Shown: piece by piece, positions 10,372-19,759 of the stretch
Position numbering within the stretch: the stretch's first letter is position 1
Layout: every line of letters starts with the position of its first letter
From: a virus
Lineage: Duplodnaviria; Caudoviricetes
Virus record (IMG/VR): IMGVR_UViG_3300021400_000262
Span: 1-64,000 of that record
DNA length: 64,000 nucleotides
Strand: one strand, 5' to 3'
Program-made: the position numbers and the translations under genes
Notes under the pieces: model-generated
Told to the model about the DNA's origin: nothing
The model's input: only the letters and a program-made list of their open reading frames with translations
Database searches by the model: none

Positions 10372-10647
10372 TTAATTTTCTTCACAAATGACAATACCAC
10401 CGTGAATAATCACTCGCTTGCCATCTAAATCAAAAAAGACTTCATTCTCAGATTCAGATAAATCAAATTTTCCGGACCAAGATTTAATTTCTCCGCCGTT
10501 ATAATCATATACCGTTACGGTTCTATTAAGCCCTCCCGTGAAATCACTTCCGACTGTTTTTGTGAATCGAGAAAAAGATGCGCATCCAGTACAAAGGACA
10601 CCCAAAAGAGAGCCTGCCGCAATTACTTTCAATAAATTTCTTTTCAT
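10372..10647 (-). CDS. lipoprotein
   Basis: Signal peptide with lipobox-like LCTGC. Confidence 0.7.
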   Translation of the reverse strand: MKRNLLKVIAAGSLLGVLCTGCASFSRFTKTVGSDFTGGLNRTVTVYDYNGGEIKSWSGKFDLSESENEVFFDLDGKRVIIHGGIVICEEN

Positions 10648-10698
10648 AAATGCTTTTCCTTTATTTTCAAATAAAAATATGTTATAATAAAATTAAGA

Positions 10699-11184
10699 TT
10701 AAGATTGAACGTATAAAACTTTCCAGGAGGGACAAGTATGAATACTTTCTTTTATACATCCATTTTTTTCATCGTAACATTTGCAATTTTTTTTGCAAGT
10801 TTCTTCGATTCGTTTCGGATTTTTAACGGTTGTCATCATAACCATATTTCCTTGACGAACCTGTTTCTGTACTACTTTTTCTATTGGACACGAATTGGTT
10901 TCGAAATCACATTTTTCAGCTTCCGCACAAGTTGCACAGGTATTCATTCGGGAAGCACAAGAAGGGCATATAATGTGCGGCGACCCGTCTACGAGATCTA
11001 CAATACCGGACTCAAAAATGACATTGCCGCAAATTTCGCAAAATTTCATAGACTCTTGGAAAACATGTTTCGAACAAGAATCTACTTCTGGAATGACTTT
11101 TAGTTTCGATAGCGAACAGAATGATTCTGAACCTTGAGTAACCCTGAAGCCGCAGTCGCCGCAAATAGAATTAAATAAAGACAT
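10699..11184 (-). CDS. Cys-rich hypothetical protein
   Basis: Many CxxC pairs. Confidence 0.7.
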   Translation of the reverse strand: MSLFNSICGDCGFRVTQGSESFCSLSKLKVIPEVDSCSKHVFQESMKFCEICGNVIFESGIVDLVDGSPHIICPSCASRMNTCATCAEAEKCDFETNSCPIEKVVQKQVRQGNMVMMTTVKNPKRIEETCKKNCKCYDEKNGCIKESIHTCPSWKVLYVQS

Positions 11185-11495
11185 TATTCAAATTCTCCTT
11201 CTTCTTCTGGAAAATCAATTTTTCCTTTATGATTTTTAAGATAGTAAGATTCAATTTTTCTTTCATTGTGTCCTTCTGAAAACATATGAAACATTGCATC
11301 ATTAAGAGTTAAAGTTTCAGAAAGATTTACAATTGGCTTAAGAAAATCAAGAGAAATAATAGAGTTTTCTCCCCAATCTCGAGTGATTGCATCTATTGCT
11401 CCAGAATAAGACTTCGCAGCGACAAGTCCGCAAGTTTTAATTTCTTCATCTTTATATTCATTATAGTAAGAAATTTTAAAGATGTAATATGTCAT
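11184..11495 (-). CDS. hypothetical protein
   Basis: ORF track; own promoter at 11530-11557. Confidence 0.7.
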   Translation of the reverse strand: MTYYIFKISYYNEYKDEEIKTCGLVAAKSYSGAIDAITRDWGENSIISLDFLKPIVNLSETLTLNDAMFHMFSEGHNERKIESYYLKNHKGKIDFPEEEGEFE

Positions 11496-11635
11496 GATGA
11501 ATATCTCTCTTTCTATTTTTATATTATAATTATAATAAAAATTTTTAAAAAAATCAATTTGTAGGACAATGTAATTAAATGTAATTCAAATAAAATTTAA
11601 ATAAAAATAGAAAAGATAAAAATATGGGAGGTATT

Positions 11636-11779
11636 ATGAGTAAAGAAAAAGATAATTCTATTACAATAAGGATTCCGAATGAAATGAAAGAGAAATTATA
11701 GAAACTTTCTGAAGAAAATGAAGAATCTTTATCATAGATAATTCGTAAAGCTATAAAATAGTATTTAAGTTAGGAGTAA
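11636..11779 (+). CDS. ribbon-helix-helix (CopG/Arc-like) protein, 47 aa, 4 TAG=Gln
   Basis: MSKEKDNSITIRIPNEMKEKL(Q)KLSEENEESLS(Q)IIRKAIK(Q)YLS(Q)E; GGGAGG RBS. Confidence 0.8.
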
Positions 11780-11788
11780 ATTTTAACT

Positions 11789-11989
11789 ATGCAAAATTCC
11801 AATTCAAAATTAAAAATAATTTACTCTTTAAGGATTCATATCGCACTTTAGTCTCTTGGATTTTAGTATGAAACTGAAATGCGGAATCCTAAAAATCCAA
11901 ATTTAAATTGTTGGGTATACCAGAATACACCGGAATTTCAACTGGCACTCAAGAAGCTTATAGGGGAGGTTCCCACAAGTGGCAGTTGA
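11789..11989 (+). CDS. small hypothetical protein (66 aa, 2 TAG=Gln)
   Basis: MQNSNSKLKIIYSLRIHIAL(Q)SLGF(Q)YETEMRNPKNPNLNCWVY...; AGGAG RBS. Confidence 0.7.
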
Positions 11990-12356
11990 CTCTTTTGTTT
12001 TTAAGAAAAAATGGATTGAAAAAATTGCAGCTCTTCCGGTGGAGTAGCAAGATTAGATTATTGCGGAAATTGCTCGGTATGGGGTAGGACTTCCTTTGCA
12101 ACGAGATAATGATGTGTATATTAGTAGTTTGGTAAAAATGGTCACTGATGAAATTGATTTTTCAAAAGAAAAATATTCTGAAAAATTGGTTATGAGTTAG
12201 TTTGCTGGGCGTAAGAAAAAAGTTGACGACGAACAAATTTTGAAGCTTGCGCTTCAAGGGAAAAATTCAACTGAAATTGCGGAATTGCTTGGAATTAGTA
12301 AAAGTGCGGTTGATCATTCTGAGGGATGGAAGCAACGTAAGAAAGCTATTACTTAA
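11979..12356 (+). CDS. DUF6291-like N-terminal domain plus HTH, putative replication initiator (125 aa, 3 TAG=Gln)
   Basis: GTG start after GGGAGG; DSFVFKKKWIEKIAALPVE(Q)QD(Q)IIAEIARYG resembles the N-terminus of phage replisome organisers; C-terminal STEIAELLGISKSAV HTH. Confidence 0.7.
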
Positions 12357-12374
12357 AAAGAAAAAAAATGAAAT

Positions 12375-12640
12375 GAAATTTTGCAAAATTTTTACAAAAA
12401 TTGAAACTCGTTAATGCGGGGTTTTGCAAAAAATTTTGCAAAACTTGCAAGCGCGGCCGCAGAGTCTATTGTAAAAATCTATGGAAAAAGAATTACTTTT
12501 TTGCAATTTTGCATAAACTTTGCAAAATTTTTGCAAAAATCTTGCAATTGTACAAATCTATATATATATAATTTTGCAAAAAAATTTTGCAAAATATTTT
12601 GCAAAAATTTCTCGCTTCGCTTGAAATTTTTGCAAAGGGG
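12375..12640. repeat. TTTGCAAA palindromic iteron-like cluster (putative origin)
   Basis: More than a dozen TTGCAA-core palindromes in about 270 bp, directly after the putative initiator. Confidence 0.75.
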
Positions 12641-12760
12641 GAAACGCTTCGCGTTTCCGGGGTACGGGTTGGGGGTAAGGAACTTTTTTGAAAATAAAAT
12701 GAAATTTTGATATAATTAAAATAGAAAAAATGAAACGAAAATTTTAAGGAGGAAGATAGT

Positions 12761-12973
12761 ATGAAACAGTTAGGTAAACATATATATGAATGTAGTAGAA
12801 AAGAATATAATGCTCTTCCTTCTATTGGAAAGGATTGGTATATTGTAAATGGTTTATTAGTTAGAGAAGGATTAATTTGGGGAGAAATTAAAAAAAATTA
12901 TAGTATTGTACTTTGGGAGAAACGAGTAAGATACAGAAAAACAGAGAAGGAGAAGAATGGAGGGAAGGAATAA
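12761..12973 (+). CDS. hypothetical protein
   Basis: AAGGAGG RBS; TGATATAAT extended -10 upstream. Confidence 0.65.
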   Translation: MKQLGKHIYECSRKEYNALPSIGKDWYIVNGLLVREGLIWGEIKKNYSIVLWEKRVRYRKTEKEKNGGKE

Positions 12974-13192
12974 TAAGAAAAAATTTTTTTGAAAAATTTT
13001 TTTATTTTTTGGGATTAAATTATTTTAGGACAGAATATTGGGATGAATTATACGAGATGGGGAATTGAGGTGCCCCCGCCATGACCAGCCTCTATATGAG
13101 AAAACGGTCGTGTTCAGTTATCAAAGGGCATCTCAAAGAGGCAAGATTCCAGAAGAATCTTACCTCTTATTTAAAACTATAATCTGTTTTTA

Positions 13193-13549
13193 TCACAGAT
13201 TATTCTTTCTTAAAAACTCACTAATAGGATCTAAAACTTCAGGCTTGATCTTCTTAAATTCCTGACAAAGCTGATCAATAGCACCGACAAAGATCTCAGC
13301 ATCCTTTTCTGAAAACTCTGCGATCTGATCTCCGATCTCAGGATAATACTTCTTGACATAGTCAATGATCAATGATTCCAGAGCAAAAGCATCCTTTTGC
13401 TTCTTCTTTTGGAGTTCCGCTTCAGCCTTCTTCTTATCTCTCTCTAGGATAGCAGCGTTTAATACACCAGCAAAATCATCTGCGATCTCCTGCGGAGAGT
13501 GTTGGGTTAGAAGCTTCGCGATAGCCTCATCACTAAAATACTTGGACAT
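13193..13549 (-). CDS. hypothetical protein
   Basis: Own promoter and RBS. Confidence 0.75.
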   Translation of the reverse strand: MSKYFSDEAIAKLLTQHSPQEIADDFAGVLNAAILERDKKKAEAELQKKKQKDAFALESLIIDYVKKYYPEIGDQIAEFSEKDAEIFVGAIDQLCQEFKKIKPEVLDPISEFLRKNNL

Positions 13550-13651
13550 ATATATATGTACTCCTTTTCTTATTTTCTATATTTATATTATATAAAAAAT
13601 TTTTTGAAAAATCAACTCTATAGACACTTTTAGTTGAGAGATCCGCGCGTA

Positions 13652-13778
13652 GGAATAAATTATCTCGAAGAACGAGTGCGAAGCACGAAGTTCTGCAAGA
13701 GATAATTTATTCCGTCCCTACGGGACTAATTAAATCTTCGTTTTCGCACTTCGTGCTCAACTCGATTTAATTAGTCCC
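13652..13778. repeat. twin long hairpins with GAA triloops on opposite strands
   Basis: GGAATAAATTATCTC..GTGC-GAA-GCAC..GAGATAATTTATTCC and GGGACTAATTAAATC..GCAC-TTC-GTGC..GATTTAATTAGTCCC. Confidence 0.8.
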
Positions 13779-14438
13779 TATGGCCCCCCCGATTTGTTTT
13801 CCTTCTACTTACTATGAATTTTATTACTATATAAAAAATCTACTTTGTCCAAACAGGAAAAAATTTTCGTTCGGCGGTCCGCATTTATATATTAGGTGTT
13901 TCTGCGCCGCGGGCGTTATTATTGTTACCCCCTATTATTATAGTATAAAAAATTTATAAAGTCAATGGTTCTGCGCGACGACCGCCAGTTGCAATAGAAA
14001 GATCGGCATATGCGATCTCCGCCCGTTGCGGCCGCGCCGAGTTGTTTGAAAGGACTACCGAGCGGAGCGAGGAGACCCTATTTTCGGGAAAAATAAGAGC
14101 ATATGAGGGGGCCGCAGTTGCACTCGAAAAAAAGCCATATGGGGGTTTTTGCTGAAACTCGGCGCCTAACTGACGTCAGCGCGCCGTCAAACTTTAGTCC
14201 TTTAAAGCGTAACGCTTCAACGCGATGAGGCTCCGCCCGGGCGCAAAAATGAGGATTATTTATCCTCATCATCGCAAACATAATCATCATCTCGATCCCA
14301 AAAATAAGCGAAATCATCGCATTCATCAATGGGATCTGCATCAGGATACATTGTACAACATCCATCAGCACCAAAATAAGGGCAATCCCAAGCATTTGCA
14401 GGACAATAAATTTTTCCCATGTTATTTACCTCTCTTTC

Positions 14439-14690
14439 TTACCAAGTTGCAACGACAATCCAATTTTTAAGGCTACTTTTCCAGCCCTTATTCTGATATA
14501 AAACTCTGTGGTGCTGAGTATCAATACACCATTTCTGCATTTCTGCGGTTTCGGGATTAAATTTATCTCCATGCACGATAAAGAATCCTTCCGCAGTACA
14601 TTCAACTTTTGTAAAATTTTTTGGAATTACTGCTTGCACTTCTTCAAGGCTCATAGCCGCTAAAAAATCTTCCATGTCTCCGCTATACAT
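14439..14690 (-). CDS. hypothetical protein
   Basis: ORF track. Confidence 0.65.
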   Translation of the reverse strand: MYSGDMEDFLAAMSLEEVQAVIPKNFTKVECTAEGFFIVHGDKFNPETAEMQKWCIDTQHHRVLYQNKGWKSSLKNWIVVATW

Positions 14691-14692
14691 TT

Positions 14693-14941
14693 TTAACCCC
14701 CTAAATAAAGATTGATAAAATACAGATTTAAAATCACGCTTGCAAAATGCATCACAATTCCGTTGATGTGTCTATCGGAAGTGAAATCCTTGATAAGTCC
14801 AAAGACAGCAACAGCAAGCCCAAACCAAGCGACCGAAAGACCAAACCGCATAATTAATAAAACATTTATAACAGTGATAATAGCTCGAAGGTCATTCCAT
14901 TCAAACTCATAAGCTTTTTCAATCTTGAAAAAATCTCTCAT
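14693..14941 (-). CDS. small membrane protein
   Basis: Three hydrophobic segments. Confidence 0.7.
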   Translation of the reverse strand: MRDFFKIEKAYEFEWNDLRAIITVINVLLIMRFGLSVAWFGLAVAVFGLIKDFTSDRHINGIVMHFASVILNLYFINLYLGG

Positions 14942-15342
14942 TTTTATTTTTCCTCACACTTCTCTGTAAAAATACAAACTTCAGTATCTTCCGACCATTT
15001 TTCCCAAGCAATGTCAACGGCTTCATCTTCTGTTTTAGCTTCAATCTCTTCTTCAAGGTATTTTTCAATAATGATTTTGTATTTCATTTATTTATCCTCT
15101 TTTTCTTCCGTAATGAAATAATCTATTACGTTATGGCTTGATGCACGAAACATACTTTCCGCCTTAAGTTCTGCCTCATAATCAGTTTCAGCAACTACCT
15201 CGTATTCTATACACACAGTAACCAAGTACTTCTTCATTTTTTTTATCTCCTTTCTTTTTGTAATCTTATTATAACAAAAGATTTTTAATTTGTCAATAGT
15301 TTTTAAAAAAAATTTTTTCGCCCGGGCGCCAAGGGCATGAGG

Positions 15343-15987
15343 TCAGTTAGACCACACACCCTTTTCACAATTTGCATTTTTCGCCATACAAGCCTTAAAA
15401 ATTTCCTTCTCAATCAGCACATCCGCAAGCCCTGTGTGCGCTTCCTCAAAATCATTCTTTCCGCTAATGTATCTATAAAGGATTTCAGCGGTCAGCCGAG
15501 GCGAACCATTTTTTAAAGTATAACCATTTTCAGCGCAGAAAGCCTTGTAATCTTCATCATGCCCGAAGGTCTGTCTTGCCATCTTTAAGGTGTCCCAAAG
15601 TTCAACCCCATAAGGATAAAACCATCTGTCCGCAGACTTTGTAATGTATCTTTGTGAACGAGTACAAGACTTATAATCGAATCTCATGTTGTGCGCCATA
15701 ATTGCGCCAACCTTAAAAAATTTGCAATCCTTGCGAAGAACCTTCTTTACATTTTTAAACCAAGCCATTTTCCGCACACCATCCGCAACATCTTTCACAT
15801 ACTGCGGAATTTTATCAGCGAAAAATGCTTCTTTCATCAGTTCTTCATCACAGAACACATCTGCAACTACATAAGAACGAGTTTTCAGCACCTCACCTTC
15901 ATCATTGATTACCGCCCATCCGCAATCATAGACCATAGGGTCATCAAATCCATTAGTGGTTTCCGTATCAATAACAATATAATTCAT
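15343..15987 (-). CDS. DEDDh 3'-5' exonuclease
   Basis: IDTET (ExoI), AHNMRFD (ExoII), AHTGLADV (ExoIII). Confidence 0.88.
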   Translation of the reverse strand: MNYIVIDTETTNGFDDPMVYDCGWAVINDEGEVLKTRSYVVADVFCDEELMKEAFFADKIPQYVKDVADGVRKMAWFKNVKKVLRKDCKFFKVGAIMAHNMRFDYKSCTRSQRYITKSADRWFYPYGVELWDTLKMARQTFGHDEDYKAFCAENGYTLKNGSPRLTAEILYRYISGKNDFEEAHTGLADVLIEKEIFKACMAKNANCEKGVWSN

Positions 15988-16333
15988 GTTCTTAGTTTGA
16001 CCTCTCTTTCATTTGATAGCTTTATTATAACAGATTTTATATTTTTTGTCAATAGTTTATTTTGCTAAAACAAGAGCAATAATAAAAGTAATGACAAGAA
16101 TAAGAATACAAGATACTAAAGATACAGGATTCGGAAATATTTTATTTACAATAGCGAAAAGTAATACCAGCCACCACGCAATAGCCTTAAAGAAATACAA
16201 CATTTATTTTTCCCTCTCTTTCTTTTGGTAGCTTAATTATAACAGATTCCTATTAAAAAGTCAAGCTTTTTTGCAAAATTTTTGCAAAAAATCGCCCGGG
16301 CGCGCAAAAAAGCCCCACTTTAGGGGCTTTTTC

Positions 16334-16711
16334 TCAACTTTTTGGCGGTCTATGTTTCACCAAATTGATAGAATACTCATTTTTTCCCACTTTTAAGGTG
16401 ATTTCACGCTCTTTTTTAGCAATTTCTACGCAATAATCAGCATTTTCAGCTAAAAATTCCGCAATTTTTGCGATAATCTCAGCTTTTTCATCGTCAGGCT
16501 TGCGCTCACGCTTCGTAAAAGTATAAGTGCGCTTTCCAGTCTTGCGAGCGTCTTTTGTAGCCTTTTTCTGCTCTTCGGTCAAGTCCGCAGTCAACTCCTT
16601 CATTGACATTCTGTCAGTATCTGCATCGTCCATGATAACAGAGATAGCGTCCTCACGAGAGCAATCATACTTTGCCATGTATTCTGCAACTACCTTTTCA
16701 TCAATCTTCAT
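16334..16711 (-). CDS. hypothetical protein, paralog of 25385..25762
   Basis: Shared SREDAI..I..D...DRM and EREI motifs. Confidence 0.75.
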   Translation of the reverse strand: MKIDEKVVAEYMAKYDCSREDAISVIMDDADTDRMSMKELTADLTEEQKKATKDARKTGKRTYTFTKRERKPDDEKAEIIAKIAEFLAENADYCVEIAKKEREITLKVGKNEYSINLVKHRPPKS

Positions 16712-16820
16712 TTTGGTATCACCTCTCTTTCTGTATCTATACTATAACATAGAACGAAAAGAAAGTCAATAGTTTTTAATAGTTAATTTTTTGACAAAGC
16801 GCCCGGGCCAAAGTTGGGGC

Positions 16821-17294
16821 TTAACCCCAACCATTAACCTTGAAATAATGTCTTAATGCATCACAACACAATCTGTTTACTCGATTAACCCAAGATACAT
16901 GATTAACCATGTATTCCAAAGCCCACTTTGTAGCTTCTTCCTCTATTGGAAGATTAAAATAAGCATCGTTAATTTCTTTTGGGTCTTTTTCACAAAAACT
17001 TAAAAGTTTTCTAATAATTATCTCATTGTCAATTTCTTCTTCTGTAAAGTTTCTTAACGTATAGTGATGCCCAATCTCATGAAGAATACAGAAGGTAAAA
17101 TAGCTACTTCTCACATCAATGCCAAAAGTTTTGTCAATGTATTCGCAATGCGCTCTTGACAACCTATCCCAAAAGTAAGGAGTAAAAGATACCACGCTAT
17201 TGCTATACTCAAACCTCTCTCCGCAATAAGCGACAATTCCAAAATCTTTAAACAGCTTGTTAATCTTTCTTTCAAGAACCATCATTCCCTTCAT
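16821..17294 (-). CDS. HEXXH zinc metallopeptidase-like protein
   Basis: ILHEIGHH and downstream EEEA. Confidence 0.65.
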   Translation of the reverse strand: MKGMMVLERKINKLFKDFGIVAYCGERFEYSNSVVSFTPYFWDRLSRAHCEYIDKTFGIDVRSSYFTFCILHEIGHHYTLRNFTEEEIDNEIIIRKLLSFCEKDPKEINDAYFNLPIEEEATKWALEYMVNHVSWVNRVNRLCCDALRHYFKVNGWG

Positions 17295-17449
17295 TTCTTC
17301 TTACCTCTCTTTCTATTGAAGATTATAACACAAGATGGTTTATTTGTCAAGAGTTTTTTGAAAAAAGTTTGCGGCCCGGGCGACCCCCAAGGCAACTAGA
17401 CCTTGGGGGCGACCAAAGAGAGAAAGGAGATCGAAAAAAGTCAGTAAAA

Positions 17450-17541
17450 TGGGGGGATGGGACTTGCACCCATCTTCCCAAGAATTATGTAGGGGCTATT
17501 ATGCAAATTACCTACCACTTGGGCTTCACTATAAACCCCCC
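17450..17541 (-). ncRNA. tRNA-like element lacking D stem and anticodon
   Basis: GGGGGG/CCCCCC-A acceptor-like stem; ATGGG-TGCAAGT-CCCAT T arm; internal CCCAAG/CTTGGG and GTAGG/CCTAC helices. Confidence 0.45.
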
Positions 17542-17570
17542 AAAGGGGGAGGGGCAAAAGCCCCTCAACA

Positions 17571-17912
17571 TCACGCCTTGGAGAAGTAAGCCTTGCGCTT
17601 CACTTCCTCACGGACAAGCAGACCATCAAGCTGCATCTGCCGAACGAGAGCGGAAACCCTCTGATTAGAAAGCTCACTCACCGCAGGAACAGCCTTCATA
17701 ATCTCGGTGATGGTATACTTGCCATCCCCGATACCCTCAAGGATTGCATCCTTAAAACCAGCGTTTTCCTTCTGCGTAGCAGTAGGCTTCCGCTCACCGC
17801 TTGACTTCTTAGCGAGCTGTGCCTTGAGAGCAGTCAGCTTATCAGCAACCTCACCCTCACCAACAGCCTTGATAGCAACATCCAGAGCAACAGCATAAGT
17901 CATCTTCGTCAT
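17571..17912 (-). CDS. winged-helix protein, MTKMTYA family copy 1
   Basis: KPTATQKEN linker; TITEIM..SNQRVSALVRQM..G...R...KRKAYF wHTH. Confidence 0.8.
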   Translation of the reverse strand: MTKMTYAVALDVAIKAVGEGEVADKLTALKAQLAKKSSGERKPTATQKENAGFKDAILEGIGDGKYTITEIMKAVPAVSELSNQRVSALVRQMQLDGLLVREEVKRKAYFSKA

Positions 17913-18093
17913 AATTAGCACCTCTTTCTTTTTTTTTGATTGATTTGTTTTTCTTATCTTGTGCCTTTATTATAGCACCCTTTTTTGTTTCTGTCAAGTA
18001 GTTTCTAAGATTTTTTTTCTTTTCTAAGACCCTCTCATTTTGTTTACCTCTTTTCTTATCTTGTGCCTTTATTATAGCAGATGTTTAATTGTT

Positions 18094-18166
18094 TGTCAAG
18101 AGGTTTTTGAAAAATATTGAAAAGTTTTTTAAAGCTCTTACAACTGTTTCTCATCTCCTCTTGACA
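18094..18166 (-). ncRNA. closed-stem sRNA cassette A
   Basis: Own promoter; UGUCAAGAGG...CCUCUUGACA terminal stem; no ORF. Confidence 0.55.
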
Positions 18167-18195
18167 TTTACAATTATAACACCATTTAAGAAGTT

Positions 18196-18299
18196 TGTCA
18201 AGGGGTTTCGAAGAATTTTTAGTCCGACTATTTATTCCTCTCGGACGGAAGCTTCACCGCCCTCGGACGTTGGTACGTCACTTCCGTACCCCCTTGACA
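18196..18299 (-). ncRNA. closed-stem sRNA cassette B
   Basis: Own promoter; UGUCAAGGGG...CCCCUUGACA; internal ACGGAAG/CUUCCGU and GACGU/ACGUC helices. Confidence 0.6.
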
Positions 18300-18605
18300 C
18301 TTATAAGTATAGCAGATTTTGGGAAAATTACAAGCCGTAATATTACACAAATAATTGCGGAAAAAATTAGTGAAAGTGCCTATTGACAAAAATAGGGCGC
18401 GCCTGGACCATGCGCGCCCGGCCGCAAATAAAAAAAGGAGATTATTCAATCTCCCTCTTGGAAATAATAAAAATCATTTTTGATACATTCACTTGCGAAA
18501 AAGCAAAGTTCATTTTCATGACACAATTCACAATGCTGGCACAAGTGGCTGTGTTTAATAACTTCAATTAAGAAATCATTCAGCTCTTTTTCTTTTTCTT
18601 TCTTT

Positions 18606-18851
18606 TCAGCAGTCATAAGTAAATTCTCCTACATACGGATCGAATCCGCAATCATCATCAATGTTATCGGGTTCAAAATCATAGTCACAAAAATTTTCAT
18701 TATCATACTGCATCAGAAAAATTTTGCTTCCTTCATGCTGTGCGGACAGCTCTCGTGCTTCCTCAAGGCTCGTGCAAGGAACACCTGCGAAAGAACCATC
18801 TTCCTTAACTACTGCGTAAAGCTCATCGAACCAATCAAAATCTCTTGCCAT
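18606..18851 (-). CDS. acidic hypothetical protein
   Basis: ORF track; C-terminal GFDPY.G.FTYDC. Confidence 0.7.
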   Translation of the reverse strand: MARDFDWFDELYAVVKEDGSFAGVPCTSLEEARELSAQHEGSKIFLMQYDNENFCDYDFEPDNIDDDCGFDPYVGEFTYDC

Positions 18852-18856
18852 TTCTT

Positions 18857-19033
18857 TTATCTCCTCTCTGTTGGAATCTCAAATTCTTCGGGTGTAAGTC
18901 CAGCTGAACTTTCCATAATGTAATCACAGTAATTTCCAAAAGGACATTCAGCACATTTTGCCCATTCAGTATTTTCTCCGCACGCTTCTTTTAAAAGAGT
19001 CATAGCAGTAATTATCTTTTCTTTCCAATCCAT
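18857..19033 (-). CDS. small Cys-rich protein
   Basis: Start MDWKEK after RBS; C..CPF...C. Confidence 0.65.
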   Translation of the reverse strand: MDWKEKIITAMTLLKEACGENTEWAKCAECPFGNYCDYIMESSAGLTPEEFEIPTERR

Positions 19034-19135
19034 TGTATTTTCTCCTCTCTCTTGATGGTTTAAGTATACCATAGGTGAGATTATTTGTCAATACTTTTTT
19101 GAAAAATTTTTGCGGCGGCCCGGGCAAAAGGCGGT

Positions 19136-19375
19136 TTAATCCGCCTCTCCTTCCACCAGTCTACCGAACAGCGCGCAAGTATATTTCCATTTATCATCAT
19201 TTTCAGCGATGAATTCATAATCTTTTTTTGAGAGGGGGTCAGGAATTCCGCCCATGATCCAGATCCAAGTCGTCCAGATTTCTTCATCCCCTAATCCAAT
19301 AATGTATTCAGTCATCTTCTTGAGTATCTTTATCCGTATCTGAACTAACTCCTTGTGAGTTATAATTACACTCAT
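19136..19375 (-). CDS. hypothetical protein
   Basis: ORF track, RBS. Confidence 0.65.
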   Translation of the reverse strand: MSVIITHKELVQIRIKILKKMTEYIIGLGDEEIWTTWIWIMGGIPDPLSKKDYEFIAENDDKWKYTCALFGRLVEGEAD

Positions 19376-19554
19376 TTTAATTCCTCCTTCTGGATTTCAC
19401 GCTGAAGTAAAAACTTGCCAATTCTTCTTGCTTTTCTTCTGAATCTTTTTTCGAGCTTATTTCTTGAGGGAGTGTGATAAACAACGTGCCTACAATTTAA
19501 ATCCCAACAAGTTAAATCGAAAGTTGTCAGTCTTTTAAAATAATCTTTAGTCAT
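19372..19554 (-). CDS. basic hypothetical protein
   Basis: Start MTKDYF after RBS. Confidence 0.6.
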   Translation of the reverse strand: MTKDYFKRLTTFDLTCWDLNCRHVVYHTPSRNKLEKRFRRKARRIGKFLLQREIQKEELK

Positions 19555-19686
19555 TTCTTTATCTCTCCTTTCTTGACTAAAGTATAACACATTTCCTTTT
19601 GGTTGTCAAGCACTTTTTTGCCCCGGGCAGAATCTGCGGGGAGAAAGGAGTTAGCCCGCAGATTCTTAGAAGAAAGGAAAACAAAC

Positions 19687-19759
19687 TCCGCCGAACGAGA
19701 TTCGAACTCGCGACTTACTGATTAAAAGTCAGTTACTCTACCAACTGAGTTATCGGCGG
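19687..19759 (-). tRNA. tRNA-Lys(TTT)
   Basis: CCGCCGA/TCGGCGG-A acceptor; ACTGA-CT TTT AA-TCAGT anticodon arm; GCGAG-TTCGAAT-CTCGT T arm. Confidence 0.93.

Noticed and set aside
12414-12710. 98-aa ORF with NFAK repeats
   Set aside because: Translation artefact of the TTTGCAAA DNA palindromes; no RBS
14078-14395. 105-aa minus-strand ORF ending in TAG
   Set aside because: Out of frame with the RBS-supported Cys/Asp-rich gene starting near 14420 and runs into noncoding repeats
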